Assembly (NCBI GenBank): GCA_011109175.1
Contig: RDEW01000009.1
Span: 878,227-942,226 of the forward strand
Reading direction: 5' to 3'
DNA: 64,000 nucleotides
DNA from: Dicyema japonicum
Lineage: Eukaryota > Animalia > Dicyemida
Part shown: positions 12,243 through 23,087 of the stretch, in pieces
Layout of the letters: every line of letters begins with the position of its first letter
How positions within the stretch are numbered: position 1 is the first letter of the stretch
Notes under the pieces: generated by a model
Databases searched by the model: none
The model's input: the letters and a program-made list of their open reading frames with translations, nothing else
Told to the model about the DNA's origin: nothing
Made by a program: the position numbers and the translations under genes

Positions 12243-12539
12243 CTATTTTTTAAGTACTATTGTTTTAACGGCTATAAGTTATTATTAGAAATACTTGGCG
12301 GTATAGATTTAACAACTTTATCCACATCGTTGTTTTTGACTTTAATAGTATAGAGATACTTTCTACATCGGAGTTTAAGCTTTGAAAACTTCACTTTCGG
12401 GTCTTTATATTGTTTAATTTTCAACTCTATAAAGATAAATTCACATAATACGATTCGCATCAGTCTGCCTTGCAAGCTGCAAAAATTGTTTAATTTCAAA
12501 TACTTGGCGTGGCTATATAGTAATAAAAATAACAACCAT
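12243..12539 (-). CDS. RPL38: 60S ribosomal protein L38, 4 exons
   Basis: Exons 12539-12537, 12512-12452, 12426-12295 and 12271-12243 splice to MPRQVFEIKQFLQLARQTDANQLKIKQYKDPKVKFSKLKLRCRKYLYTIKVKNNDVDKVVKSIPPTVKTIVLKK*; GT-AG introns of 24, 25 and 23 nt. Confidence 0.95.
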
Positions 12540-12909
12540 AACGATATAAGTCCAACAACAAAGATAACTACAAACGTGTTTTTTATTATTTATTATAAAA
12601 TAAATATTATAACATTGTATTTAAATTTTATTTTATTTTTATAAGTTCACTAGAATGTTTTCGTATCTTATTCATTATCCTCTTGGATTATCAGTCTTCG
12701 ATTTACGAAACGTGATTCCTTATGAAGATATCACCAAAACTAATCGAAGGTTAAAATTATTTTAACTCTATAATTTTTGATTTAATTTATTAATTTTTTA
12801 ATTAACTATTAATAATATATTTTGCCACTAAATTTTTTGGTTGACATGCCTAAGATAGCAAAATTGTACCAAATTAAAGCTATGGCCATTGTAAAGGATT
12901 ATCTTAATC

Positions 12910-14273
12910 CATAAATGGGCCACCAAGTGTCCCAAAATGCGGGGCAGGGGTTTATTATTATTTCTGAAATTAAATAATAATCAATAATTAACATCAAATA
13001 ACATTTTTGCCAAAATAATCAGTTATTTTAATTTTAGTTTTAGAGTTTTGTCGTATATTATTTTTTAATTTTAGCCGGAAATCATAGAAGTCTCGCAGCA
13101 TTTTTGGTGCCACATGTGAAATTTTTTTTCCAAATTGTTTAGCAGATCCTTCGTTTCCTCTACGACATGTTCAATATTCTCCGTTTCTGAATATCCACTA
13201 TAGATATTATTTTCGGACTCTTCGCACTCTACATCAGTTGTTTTGTCTATAACATGATTTAGAAGTTGATCTGTTAGACAGTCTGTCGCATAAGAATCAC
13301 GGTTCCTGTCAATTCTCTTCCAGCAATTAACAATACATGCCGCATCTATTTTCTCCCAACCTTTCGAAATTAGCATCATGACATGACGCAAGTTTAATTT
13401 TGCAATAGAATGTGCAAAATCATTTTCGACATCGTGAAAACACAAAAATTCCATTAAGAAACTTGAATAATAATTCTTAAAGGCCTTGATTATTCCCATA
13501 TCCAATGGTTGTAAATAGGGCGTTGTATTTTTCGGTAAAAAAATTCGATATTTGAACATTCAAAAGTTTTATGGCATCCAGCATTGTCAAGCAATAATAA
13601 TATTTTTCTGTTGTTTTTGCGAAACAATTCATTTATTAGTGTAAGCCAACTCATAAAAGTCTTTCCAGTCATCCATGCATTTTTTGAAGACGAATACAAT
13701 AACCCAAAATCTTGGACATCAAAATTTTTTAGGCACCGAGGTTGTTTATACTTTCCAATAATCAATGGGTCAAGTTTTCTCCAATTGCAACATAGAAGAA
13801 CAGTGAGTCTTTCTTTTCCTTGTTTATAGCCAAATCACTGTTCGCCTTTTTCGACAAATGATTTTTGGGGAGTTCTTTTTATAAAAAGCGCGGTTTCATC
13901 GCAATTAAATACATTTTGAGGTCCATATTTTAATACTTTCTCGTCAAATTTTTCAAAATAATCTTTAACGTGAAATAAATCGGATATGGCAAGAATTATA
14001 TTCATACCATCAGGTAACGCAAGTGACCCTTCTCCTTTTTTTCTTTCAACATTTTTACCAACTCATTTTTACAAATTTTTACCACTATTTTTTAATAGTG
14101 AACGTCAAAATATTTAAATAAATGAATCTTTAACGTGAGATAATATACATTTTTAAAGTGGTATTCATTTTATAATTAATATATCACTGACAATTACTAA
14201 TTTTTGTTATTGTGAATTGCATTAATATGGCATGTTCACTATAGAGAGGGTTCAATATAGAGAGGGTTGACTG
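12910..14273 (-). mobile_element. pogo/Tigger DNA transposon, internally deleted (DDE_1 domain, frameshifted)
   Basis: NVFNCDET, KERLTVLLCCN, NAWMT, LLLLDNAGCH, LPKNTTPYLQPLDMGII and IVNCWKR; TIR-like CAGTCAACCCTCTCTATATTGAAC at the 14273 end. Confidence 0.9.
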
Positions 14274-14274
14274 C

Positions 14275-15250
14275 AGTTATAATTTCACTCGTACAGCATT
14301 CAAAACAATCCTCCGAACCAACTTCTTCCAACCTCCTCGATCGTAAGGCAGTTTCCTCAGCTCGTCCAGATCGTCTCCACTTCTTAAACATTTGTTCACT
14401 AGCTTTAAATCTCAGTTAAGTGTTTCTGGTAGTGTAATACGCCGGCGTCCACGAAAACACGGTCCTTGTCTAATGAAGTAATCCTCCATTGCTATGTTGA
14501 CTGGAGCACCCAAGTCCATACGCAAGATATGTCTAAATAACCTCCAACGCATTATCAACAATTTCACTCCTAGTAAGGATCTAAGTTGTCTTCGATGGAA
14601 AGAGTCTGCCATGTCGATGAATATACAGTCTCAAACGAAGTGATGTGCAGGATCGTCGTTTGCCAATCCACTCTTTCTTCATCTGTTCATCGTTGCCGAA
14701 GCTAGGGCCTTCCTTCTGGCAATATCTTGACTGTCTCTAAGTAAAAAGTCAAGTTTGTTCGTTTTTCACCATGTTTCACTTGATCTGCTTTCTATTCTCC
14801 TGATTTCCACAATGTCGGATTTTTCGGTGTTCATTTCAAGGAACCATCGATTCAGCTTAGCGGGTGTCACCTCGAGGAATCGAAGTAGGGTCGAATTGTC
14901 TTCTGACACAAAGTCAACGTCGTCCGCGTAAGCAATTTCGACGATGTTGTCATTATAGAACTTCCGAAGATCTCGTAATTCCGTCTCCAGATATATGACA
15001 AATAGCAAGGGTGAGAGAGGAATCTTTCTGGGGAGTACCATCATTGCACGTAAATTCACGGGAAAACGTCTTACCGACCCGCACTCTAAGCTTCGTGTTA
15101 GATAGCAACACTCTGATCATACTGACAGAATCAGAGTCCAAGAATTGTTCCAGTATCCTGAAAAGTAGACCACGGCGGACCGTGTCAAAGGCCCTAGAGA
15201 GGTCTATTCCCAGGACTGTTGTTGCACTTTCAAATCTGGTTGAAACATTT
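14275..15250 (-). mobile_element. RTE-clade LINE 3' fragment with internal deletions
   Basis: GIDLSRAFDTV, LSPLLFVIYLE, IAYADDVDF, DSFHRRQLRSLLG, WRLFRHILR and FRGRRRITLPE. Confidence 0.85.
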
Positions 15251-15398
15251 TAGAATTAAATCTCAATTAAGAATTAAGGGGATGCAGATTTTGTGATGAG
15301 ACTCTGGTTTAAATACTAAATTAATAATTACGATGTAATAATTAAATGATATTTTAAAATAACATTTAAAAAATCGAAAATTTTCTTTGTGGAGGATA

Positions 15399-16049
15399 AT
15401 GGATGTCTCAAAAATTTTAGAAGAAAATAATAAATTGATTGGCATTATAATACAATTGAAAGAATCGAATCAATTACAAGAATCTAATAAGTATTAGATA
15501 AAAATAATTTTTATTTTTAGATACGCTGCAATTCTTCAAAGAAATTTATCCACTCTATCCCAATTAGTTGAATTAGCAGAAATTCATAAACATGATAATC
15601 TTCGAAAACAAACGAACATAGAACTTTCAAATCAGCCAAATTTTAGATATACAAATGTCCACCAATCTGCTCAATATCATTCTTTTCAACAACCTTTACA
15701 GCAAAATTCTCGTACGTCCCATCAACAAACTAACTCTCAACCATTTGAACGGCATCCTCATTATTCTTATAATCAAACAAATCTTAATGATGATTCATAT
15801 TCATTGATGTATAATTCAAGACAGAATCATGGGTTGCTTCCTCAACGTGTAAATGCTTCAAATGTTGTCAAAAGTAGCATAAATCCTGAGAAAATTCAGC
15901 AACAATGGAATATGGACGAAATTAATAAAAAAATTAATATTAATTACCCCAAGAGTACTCTAGGAATTGTAAAACAGTCAAACAACAGTATTAAAGAATT
16001 TGAATCAAATGATGACTCTCCCTCAACTTCACATTCCTCTGATATTTGA
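15399..16049 (+). CDS. SS18: SS18/SS18L-family (SSXT domain) BAF subunit with a Q/N/H/Y-rich tail, 2 exons
   Basis: MDVSKILEENNKLIGII...SNKYAAILQRNLSTLSQLVE resembles the SSXT consensus KMLDENNHLIQCI...QYQQMLHxNLVYLATIAD; a 30-nt intron at 15491-15520 gives an open frame to 16049. Confidence 0.72.
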
Positions 16050-16119
16050 CCGAGTTTGTTAATGCTTTGTTTTTATATTAATTTCGAGATACAGTCCGAC
16101 CTCGCTTTGGGGCACCAGT

Positions 16120-16652
16120 TAGTTAGTTAGTTAAAGCACATCCGCGTTACCGGTAAACACTGTTTATGGTTTAGCTTGTGCCATATTTTTCGACTATCTT
16201 TTTCGTTAGTCTCCTACAACCTTTTCGTTATCGTGCTCGTCTCCTGATTTCGTCCAGATCGACTGCATCCATCAACCGGGCCCCGATCACTCCATAATCC
16301 TCCGCAAGTGTCCTTGGACGTCCTCTGAATGTAGAAGATTCAGTATGGTCGAAAAATTCTTCCATAGCAGCATTGGATGGTGTTTGTTCACCCATCCGTA
16401 GAATATATCCAAAAAGGCGCCAACGGGCTTCATGTACGTTCAGACTTATTGCTCCATAATCAGTCAGTCTGTATAATTTATTGTTTGAGAATTTCTTTGG
16501 CGAAGAGTATCCAAGGAGTTTTCTTAGTCGGCCTCTGTTAAACGAGCCATTTACTCAAACCCGTTTTCGTTTTCTCCATAATAACGTCTATAAATTCCCG
16601 ATCTTCGCGACGAAATCGACATCATCTAGGTAAATGAGTTCCATAAAGTGGT
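16120..16652 (-). mobile_element. RTE-clade 3' fragment with a (TAAC)n tail
   Basis: IYLDDVDFV, ARWRLFGYILR and FRGRPRTL; AGTTAGTTAGTT tail; CACCA duplicated on both sides. Confidence 0.8.
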
Positions 16653-16881
16653 TGTCCACCAAGTGCCCCAAAAATATGGGTTTTCTATATTATCTAATTT
16701 CGACTAAAGAATAAACATTAAAAATTAATTTCAGAAAAGTAATCTCTTATTTTCTCTCCAGTTTTTAGCTTTTTTTTACATTTTCCATAAAATTTAATTG
16801 AAATTGGTAAAATCTTTGAATGATTCAAGTAAAATGCAAAAAATTTTGTTCTCCAAATTCTCAAATAAATCTTAAATTACT

Positions 16882-17340
16882 TTAACACACTGTATTCGTG
16901 TCTAAAGTTTCTATATCATGGATATTTTTAGAAACAAGAGCATAACGATGTAAAATACAATGCGAACTTGAACACTGCGGAGCTACTTGCTTTATACAGG
17001 ATACTGGTCCAGCATATTTCCTGATCATTGCTTGAGCACCGTCAGTGCAAATATCAATAAATTTTCCCAGCATAATTCCCGAGAAATCATATAATAATCG
17101 ATTGCGTTGAAACTTTCTTGACCAGTTGTGTTTTTTTCAAGAGATTTAAAAAATAAAAAATCTTTTTGCATTGTAGAATCAACAACTAAACAAACAAAAA
17201 CTAATAATATTGATAATCCTTCGACATCAGTTGATTTCGTCAAACTGAGTAGAAAAATAATCCGATTTTTTAAGCGGGAAACTAATTGATCTTCAATGTC
17301 ATTGGAAAGATCATCAATCCGTAGTTTTAAAGTGCTGTTA
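16882..17340 (-). mobile_element. hAT (Buster/Charlie/ZBED5-like) transposase fragment
   Basis: STDVEGLSILLVFV, TTGQESFNAID, ICTDGAQAM and HCILHRYAL. Confidence 0.85.
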
Positions 17341-17583
17341 GAAAACTGAATCGAATTAATTTTTTGAAATTATCATCCCCATATATATTTGAGAATTATC
17401 ATCCCCTACATTTATTTTGGATGGATTTTTCTAAAAAGACTCGTATGTCAATTTTTGAAGATAGTAAATTTGTTGAAATTCAGAAGTCATTCACATTTGA
17501 AAAATGCAATATACTTTCCAATTCACTTAATTATGAAATTTTGCCTTCATTTAATTCAAAAATTGTTTCGGAAACTTCAAATG

Positions 17584-19620
17584 TCAATATCCTCCAAGAC
17601 CGTCAAGTAACATAGCTTTTTCAACCAAACATTTAACATTTGTGACTGATTTGTCGATATTAGGCTCCAGTCCAGCCGCATCAAAAAATTTTCCAACTTC
17701 GTTTATCATTCTTAGCATTGTGTCATCCTCATAGGATACCAAATTAAAATCATCCATAAACAACAAGTGGTTAGTAGCATAGGTAAGAGTATTTCCCTCA
17801 GCATCCATGGTCACTTTAGGGTATTTACCATTTAATAGTCGACTCAACGGATCAATCAATAATACAAATAACTGTGGAAATAAGGAATCTTCTTGTAATA
17901 TTCCCCTTCTAAGATTCACCACACCTAGCAATTTTCCATTAAATTTTAGTTTGAGTGTCCACATTTTCATAAGTTTTTTTATAAACGTCAAAATCCATAT
18001 AGGTAATCCGGAGTTTTCTAAAACTTCTTGCAAAATGCCATGATCCACAGAATCAAACGCTTTCTTTACATCGATCCAAGTCGAGCGTAAAATGGCCAAC
18101 TGATTGTTAATGCATTGGTTAACCAAGGCTTGTTCCTTTGCGCCCTGGCACATTCTACGAGTTCCTAACTGGTTATCACTGATTAGATCGAATGCTTCAA
18201 TATATTTGTTTAGCTTGCTATTCACCCACTTTGTTGTCAATTTATTGAGGTTAAACATGCACGTGATCGGTATAAGGTCCTTCGGAGAATCACAAACCTC
18301 TTTCTTCGGGATAAGGTAAGTGACATTAGTGAAAAACCATGCCTCAGGAGTCGATTTTTCCTTTATAACCTTTTCTACATCTTTTTATAAATGTTCATGT
18401 ACTTATGAAATCTTCTTAATAAAGAAATTGTAGATCCCATCACATCCGCACGCTCTCCAATTAGGCAATAGTTTGATTATTTCCAACAATCCTTCTTTCG
18501 AGAACTCAGCATACGTCTCCTCTTCTCCAGTAATCCTTTTGGATATAGAGAATCCCACATCCTTTTTATCCTTTTCCTTCCACACGTTTTTCCAAAAAGC
18601 TGAACATTCCTCGATCTCAAAATTGTACACAGAACAGCGGCCTTCCTCTCTCATTTTCCTATAAAAGCGCCTTCTATTAAGCTCATAGCATAAATTATCT
18701 CTTCGAAATTCCTTTCTGGACTTGTGCACCCTAATCTTTTTTTTCAACAATTCTAATCTCTTCATTGATTGTACACAACACTCTCGCAAAATCTCCTTTT
18801 TTTGATTTCTTGTATGCATAAGCACACAAAGCTTCTCTCGTGGAATCATCATACTTCTGACTTCCCGATGACCCAACTAGTGCGCTGATTTTCTTAGCGT
18901 GATTCTTTAGTTTTGTAAGTCGCCTATTCATTGATTGCAGCCAGTTGCTCTCCTTGTGAACAGTAGTAGTTAGTGTTTCATATGAGCATTGTGTTGCATA
19001 CAGAATATCTGTAATACCTTCCATTGTATTAGGGGGCATATTATTGATATAGTATCCCACAGCATAATTCAATTCGGATAATATATCCTTTTTGAGAAAC
19101 TGATAAGGAATTTTCTTGGTTGGTTTTCGTTTATCCCGGAGCATCGACTTGATCTCTTGAATCCGGCATGAAAACTCTTCCAAGCACTTAGTGAAACAGG
19201 CAATCTCCAACTTCTCGACGCTCTGCCGATTTCCTTCTTGGTGACACGTAGTATTCTTTACATGAGTTTTGAGAAGTAATTTTACGTTTGCCACATATTT
19301 GGTGGTACCGAACCGCATATTGAAGATATCTGCGATTAACGGCCACCCACCTCGAGGAATCCTTCCAAATCTCGAGTCGGCAGTTCCAACAACTTGTGCG
19401 ATCTATTCAGCTTTGTCATCTTGGACAACCGATTCAGCCATCGCCCTTAGTGAAGTGATAGTAGAAGTCATATTATTATGAGAAATTCCCTGTTCTGTAA
19501 GCACTCCATTGACCACCATGTCTACGTTAGTGTTGATTTCTCTTTCATATCCATTCGTAGATAGGTCCTCTGGTAATGTTTCTAACTCATTCTGAGAAAC
19601 AAACATGCTCCAAAACAACA
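17584..19620 (-). mobile_element. R4/Dong-like non-LTR retrotransposon, 5' two-thirds (N-terminal region plus RT), 3'-truncated
   Basis: One disrupted frame: WPLIADIFNMRFG, FYRKMRE, PNWRACGCDGIYNFFIK, PITCMFNLNKL, WIDVKKAFDSVDH, RGILQEDSLFP and NHLLFMDD. Confidence 0.9.
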
Positions 19621-19989
19621 AATTATAGTATATATATTGAATAAAGATAAAAATAAAATAATAAATTTTAATATTATCGATTGAAAAAGTGCCCCAATAA
19701 GCGGGGTTTTGTATTTTAAATTTAGGCTTCCTATTGGTCAAAAAAATGTAAAAATCATTCAAAATAATATTTATTAAAAATTCGCCCTCAAAACAGAGGG
19801 TGCCCAAAATACAGAGGGTGGCCCAAGGCCGGGGATTTATTAGGGCGGGGTTGTACTGTATTATGATTTTACGAATGTTGCTTATAATAATAATTATATC
19901 TTGTTTCTGTTTTGTGTTAGTTTGTCAATTTTATAAGATTTTTAATGAGAAACAATAATTGCATTAAAAAATATTGAATGCATCTACAA

Positions 19990-20400
19990 TTATTTTAATT
20001 AAACAGGTAAGTTATTTTGTAGCACGTTGTGGAGAGGCACATACAATTGCCGAAAATCTTATTAAGCCATGTTCAAAAAAATCATCGAGTGTATTTATGG
20101 CGAACAAATTTTGATGGTCATCCATAAATAAAAATAACATTACATGCTTTGCCGTTCTGCAAGAGTATATTGATGAATCAAAATGCGCATTAAACGATAA
20201 ACTAAAAAGTTTCTTTCCAAAGAGTTGGAGTTGATACACCACCACGCAGAGTTCAAGATTGTCTTGATTGAATTTCATCATCTGAAAAATGTTCAGTTAT
20301 GTGGGCTGGTAATTCGATCACTTTAATATCAGACATAGAAACAGTATTGAATCCCAAAGTTACAAATAATTGTGTAAAAATAAAATTCCTTAAGCTATCT
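19990..20400 (+). mobile_element. hAT/Buster transposase relic, internally deleted
   Basis: YFVARCGEAHTIAENLIKPC resembles the K.HTIGE.LI.P motif of Buster/ZBED5. Confidence 0.6.
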
Positions 20401-20642
20401 TGAAAGGTGACTTTTCAGTAGCACGATGAATAGAAATGTTATATTTATAAACAGTAAGTTTTCAATCCAATTATTAGATTTGGATTTAAATAGAGTTTTC
20501 GCTAACCAACGCTTTATCGTTTGATTTTAGCGTTCCACCTGCCCTTGTGATTGAGGGTGTCTTGGTCTATCATGAATCGCCGTTATCCCCCGATCACATA
20601 ATAATGCTGAAACCTCAGTGTTACAAAACTCTTTTTCAAACC

Positions 20643-20869
20643 TTTATTGACTCAAAATAAATTTTTTTGTTTTTGAGGGAACAAGGGACCGATCCTTCGA
20701 CCTCGTCTATTGTCGACCCCTTTCACGTTTAATCGCTTTATTGACTCAAAATAATTTTTTTGTTTTTGAGGAACAAGGGACTGATCTTCGACCTCTTCTA
20801 TTTCAACCTTTCACGCTTAATCGCTTTATTGACTCAAAAATTTGTTTTGAACAAGGGACTGATCTTCGA
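20643..20869. repeat. Tandem repeat of about 2.5 units (94, 88 and about 45 bp)
   Basis: Units start TTTATTGACTCAAAA at 20643, 20737 and 20825 and share GAACAAGGGAC.GATC.TTCGA. Confidence 0.9.
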
Positions 20870-21159
20870 AGCAAAACTTAGTGGTTGTTAATGTTTTCAA
20901 GTGATAAATTTGTCTTATCAACCCGGACGCTATCACATAGACAATAAATAAATAAACTTTATAAAAAATGAAAAATCCAATGTAACGTGAATCTGTTACC
21001 CTTAAGCACTCAATACTTGCAGCTACCAATCACTCATTTACAGTTTGTTTTATTAAAAATTATCAATTTTGTATAAAATTTCTAATTTTTACTTCAAGAG
21101 TTTCATCCAACGATATTTGTTTCAACCAAAGTGAAATAAGACTCATTATAGAAGAACTA

Positions 21160-21573
21160 TTAGCATTGATTTCTAAATATGGAAATAATTCCACATTTTA
21201 GTTCATAATCTTCTACACTCTGTGAATACAAGTTTTGGCATATATCGCAACAAAGATCGAAAAAGTGAAAATCACAAAATTCTTGAAATTCATCCAATTT
21301 TCTTAAAAATTTTAGGTTTGTTAGCAATTTATACATTTTTCTATTTAATGAATCAATTCTTTTAGAAATAATATAAAGTTCGAGATAAAATGATTGTAGT
21401 TTACTTTTAGACACAATAGAATATTCTCTAAAATAGATTGACGGTATTTCTTTTTGACATTGGTTATGAAACAGTTGAGAGTTCGACGCCTTCTCCAAAA
21501 TAATAGCGCCATCAACATTATTTTTTTTAATCAAATTTATAATGTCACAAAATTTTTTCAAAATTATCTTCAA
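21160..21573 (-). CDS. Probable exon of an uncharacterised host gene
   Basis: 137-codon AT-rich ORF with flanking candidate short GT-AG introns; no family recognised. Confidence 0.3.
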   Translation of the reverse strand: MKIILKKFCDIINLIKKNNVDGAIILEKASNSQLFHNQCQKEIPSIYFREYSIVSKSKLQSFYLELYIISKRIDSLNRKMYKLLTNLKFLRKLDEFQEFCDFHFFDLCCDICQNLYSQSVEDYELKCGIISIFRNQC

Positions 21574-21939
21574 TTGTTGATTATAATTATTGGAAAACTC
21601 TACTTTAACTAAAAGTTAAACAATGAAAACAAACACAACGACATAATAAACGAGTAACAAGTATAATTTAAATTAAAAAATAAATTGGAATTAATTAAAT
21701 ATAATTTTAGAAAATCCTGTAAATTTCTACAGATAAAATTTCTTAATAATAGAGACCGTCTAAAATTTTTCATTGAGCATTAACCATAATGCTCAACATG
21801 ATTAAGAGCTTTCAAGTAATTTACCTTCAGCTAAGAAAAATATAAATTTAGCCTAAATTTGTTTTATTACTTTTAGATTCTAACCCAAACTTACTCTTTT
21901 GCTATTCCATCATTCTGAAAAGTGTACAAAAGTTTTTTG

Positions 21940-22700
21940 ACGTTTTCATCCTGGCATAGACATTAAAAAGCATATGCATCACTGAACACAGACTTTATTT
22001 TAAACAATGAATCAGATTCCAGATAAGGTAGGAAGAACTAAGGAAGGAAGATTCTGCAGTCCATCATTTACAATATCGTCCATAAGTGTTCAGTAAATAC
22101 TTCCTCATCCTATTACCACAGGCGAAGAAAATATTAATGCCTAAAATACCCCCTCCTACAAAACTGACGAAATAGTTTCTTCATTGGCAGACTTGGTCAA
22201 TCTGAAATAATGTTTTGTTCCAAACAAAGTCATAAGGTTCCGTCTTGTCCTCTGCATTATTCAATTTACATCTAAGCAATCTTCCGATCAACTACAAGAT
22301 ATTCATTTTATGTTATGCGGACCTCATTATGAAATAAACGAAACAGCCAATCATGAAAACTTACCGTCGTTTTATTCATTCGCAAGCTGAATTCCTCCCA
22401 ATTATCACCATTCTTAAAGAAATACTTGCCGTCACGAATCACCTCAGAAATACTGAGTTAAAATGTATCAACTACTAATTTTCTCGAAACACGTGGAAGA
22501 ACAATATAAAAAAGCCTCCCGCAATATCAACATACTAAAAGCTGTATGAGGGCATTCTTTCAGGCCTGACCATCTCACATAAACAATTTATTCGAACAAA
22601 AATTAAATATGTTGTTGGTCAATATTTGTCTCCTTTAATTTTATCGGCAAATTATGAAAAATCCAAAACGTCTGACTCAACGATAACTGAATGTTTCAGA
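21940..22700 (+). mobile_element. Highly degraded jockey-like RT relic
   Basis: GSVLSSALFNLHLSNLP...LCYAD amid many stop codons. Confidence 0.6.
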
Positions 22701-23087
22701 TCAACCCTTATTAATAATTTCCACTAGGAAACAAAAACCTTCCGATTGCAAACCATCTGAAAATGAAAGTTCCACAATTCTTATCCCAAGTCTAAAACCC
22801 AGATCATCCCCGCGACTCTTTTTAAAAATTTATAAGTTGGGATAATCTAATTAGCTATCTTAAGTATCTTTTTTTCGATTGTTATGAAATTTTGAAATAT
22901 AAAATAAACCACCGTCACTGTCATCTCATCCGTAGAGATGGTGACAAAATATATGATAAACATTTGGTCTATTATCAAGCATTTTAGCCTTACCAGGTAA
23001 TGATAGGGCAATTTTCTATGGCAACTAAAATTAAAAAAATGGCATTTATTAAAATTAACAAAAAAATTTTTAACAATTAAACAAATG

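Larger units (their letters stand above)
16090..19860 (-). mobile_element. Putative pogo/Tigger element shell containing nested insertions
   Basis: TA-CAGTCCGACCTCGC at about 16090 and GCGGGGTTGTACTG-TA ending at 19860; pogo C-terminus-like sequence at 16700-16880; 19735-19825 is similar to the pogo ends at 52970 and 59515. Confidence 0.55.

Noticed and set aside
5049-12539. Non-standard genetic code as an explanation for the many short ORFs
   Set aside because: Spliced DMAP1, CDK12/13 and RPL38 read through in the standard code and end in TAA, TAA and TAG.
20643-20869. CRISPR-like array
   Set aside because: The units are similar along their whole length with no unique spacers; eukaryotic context and no cas genes.
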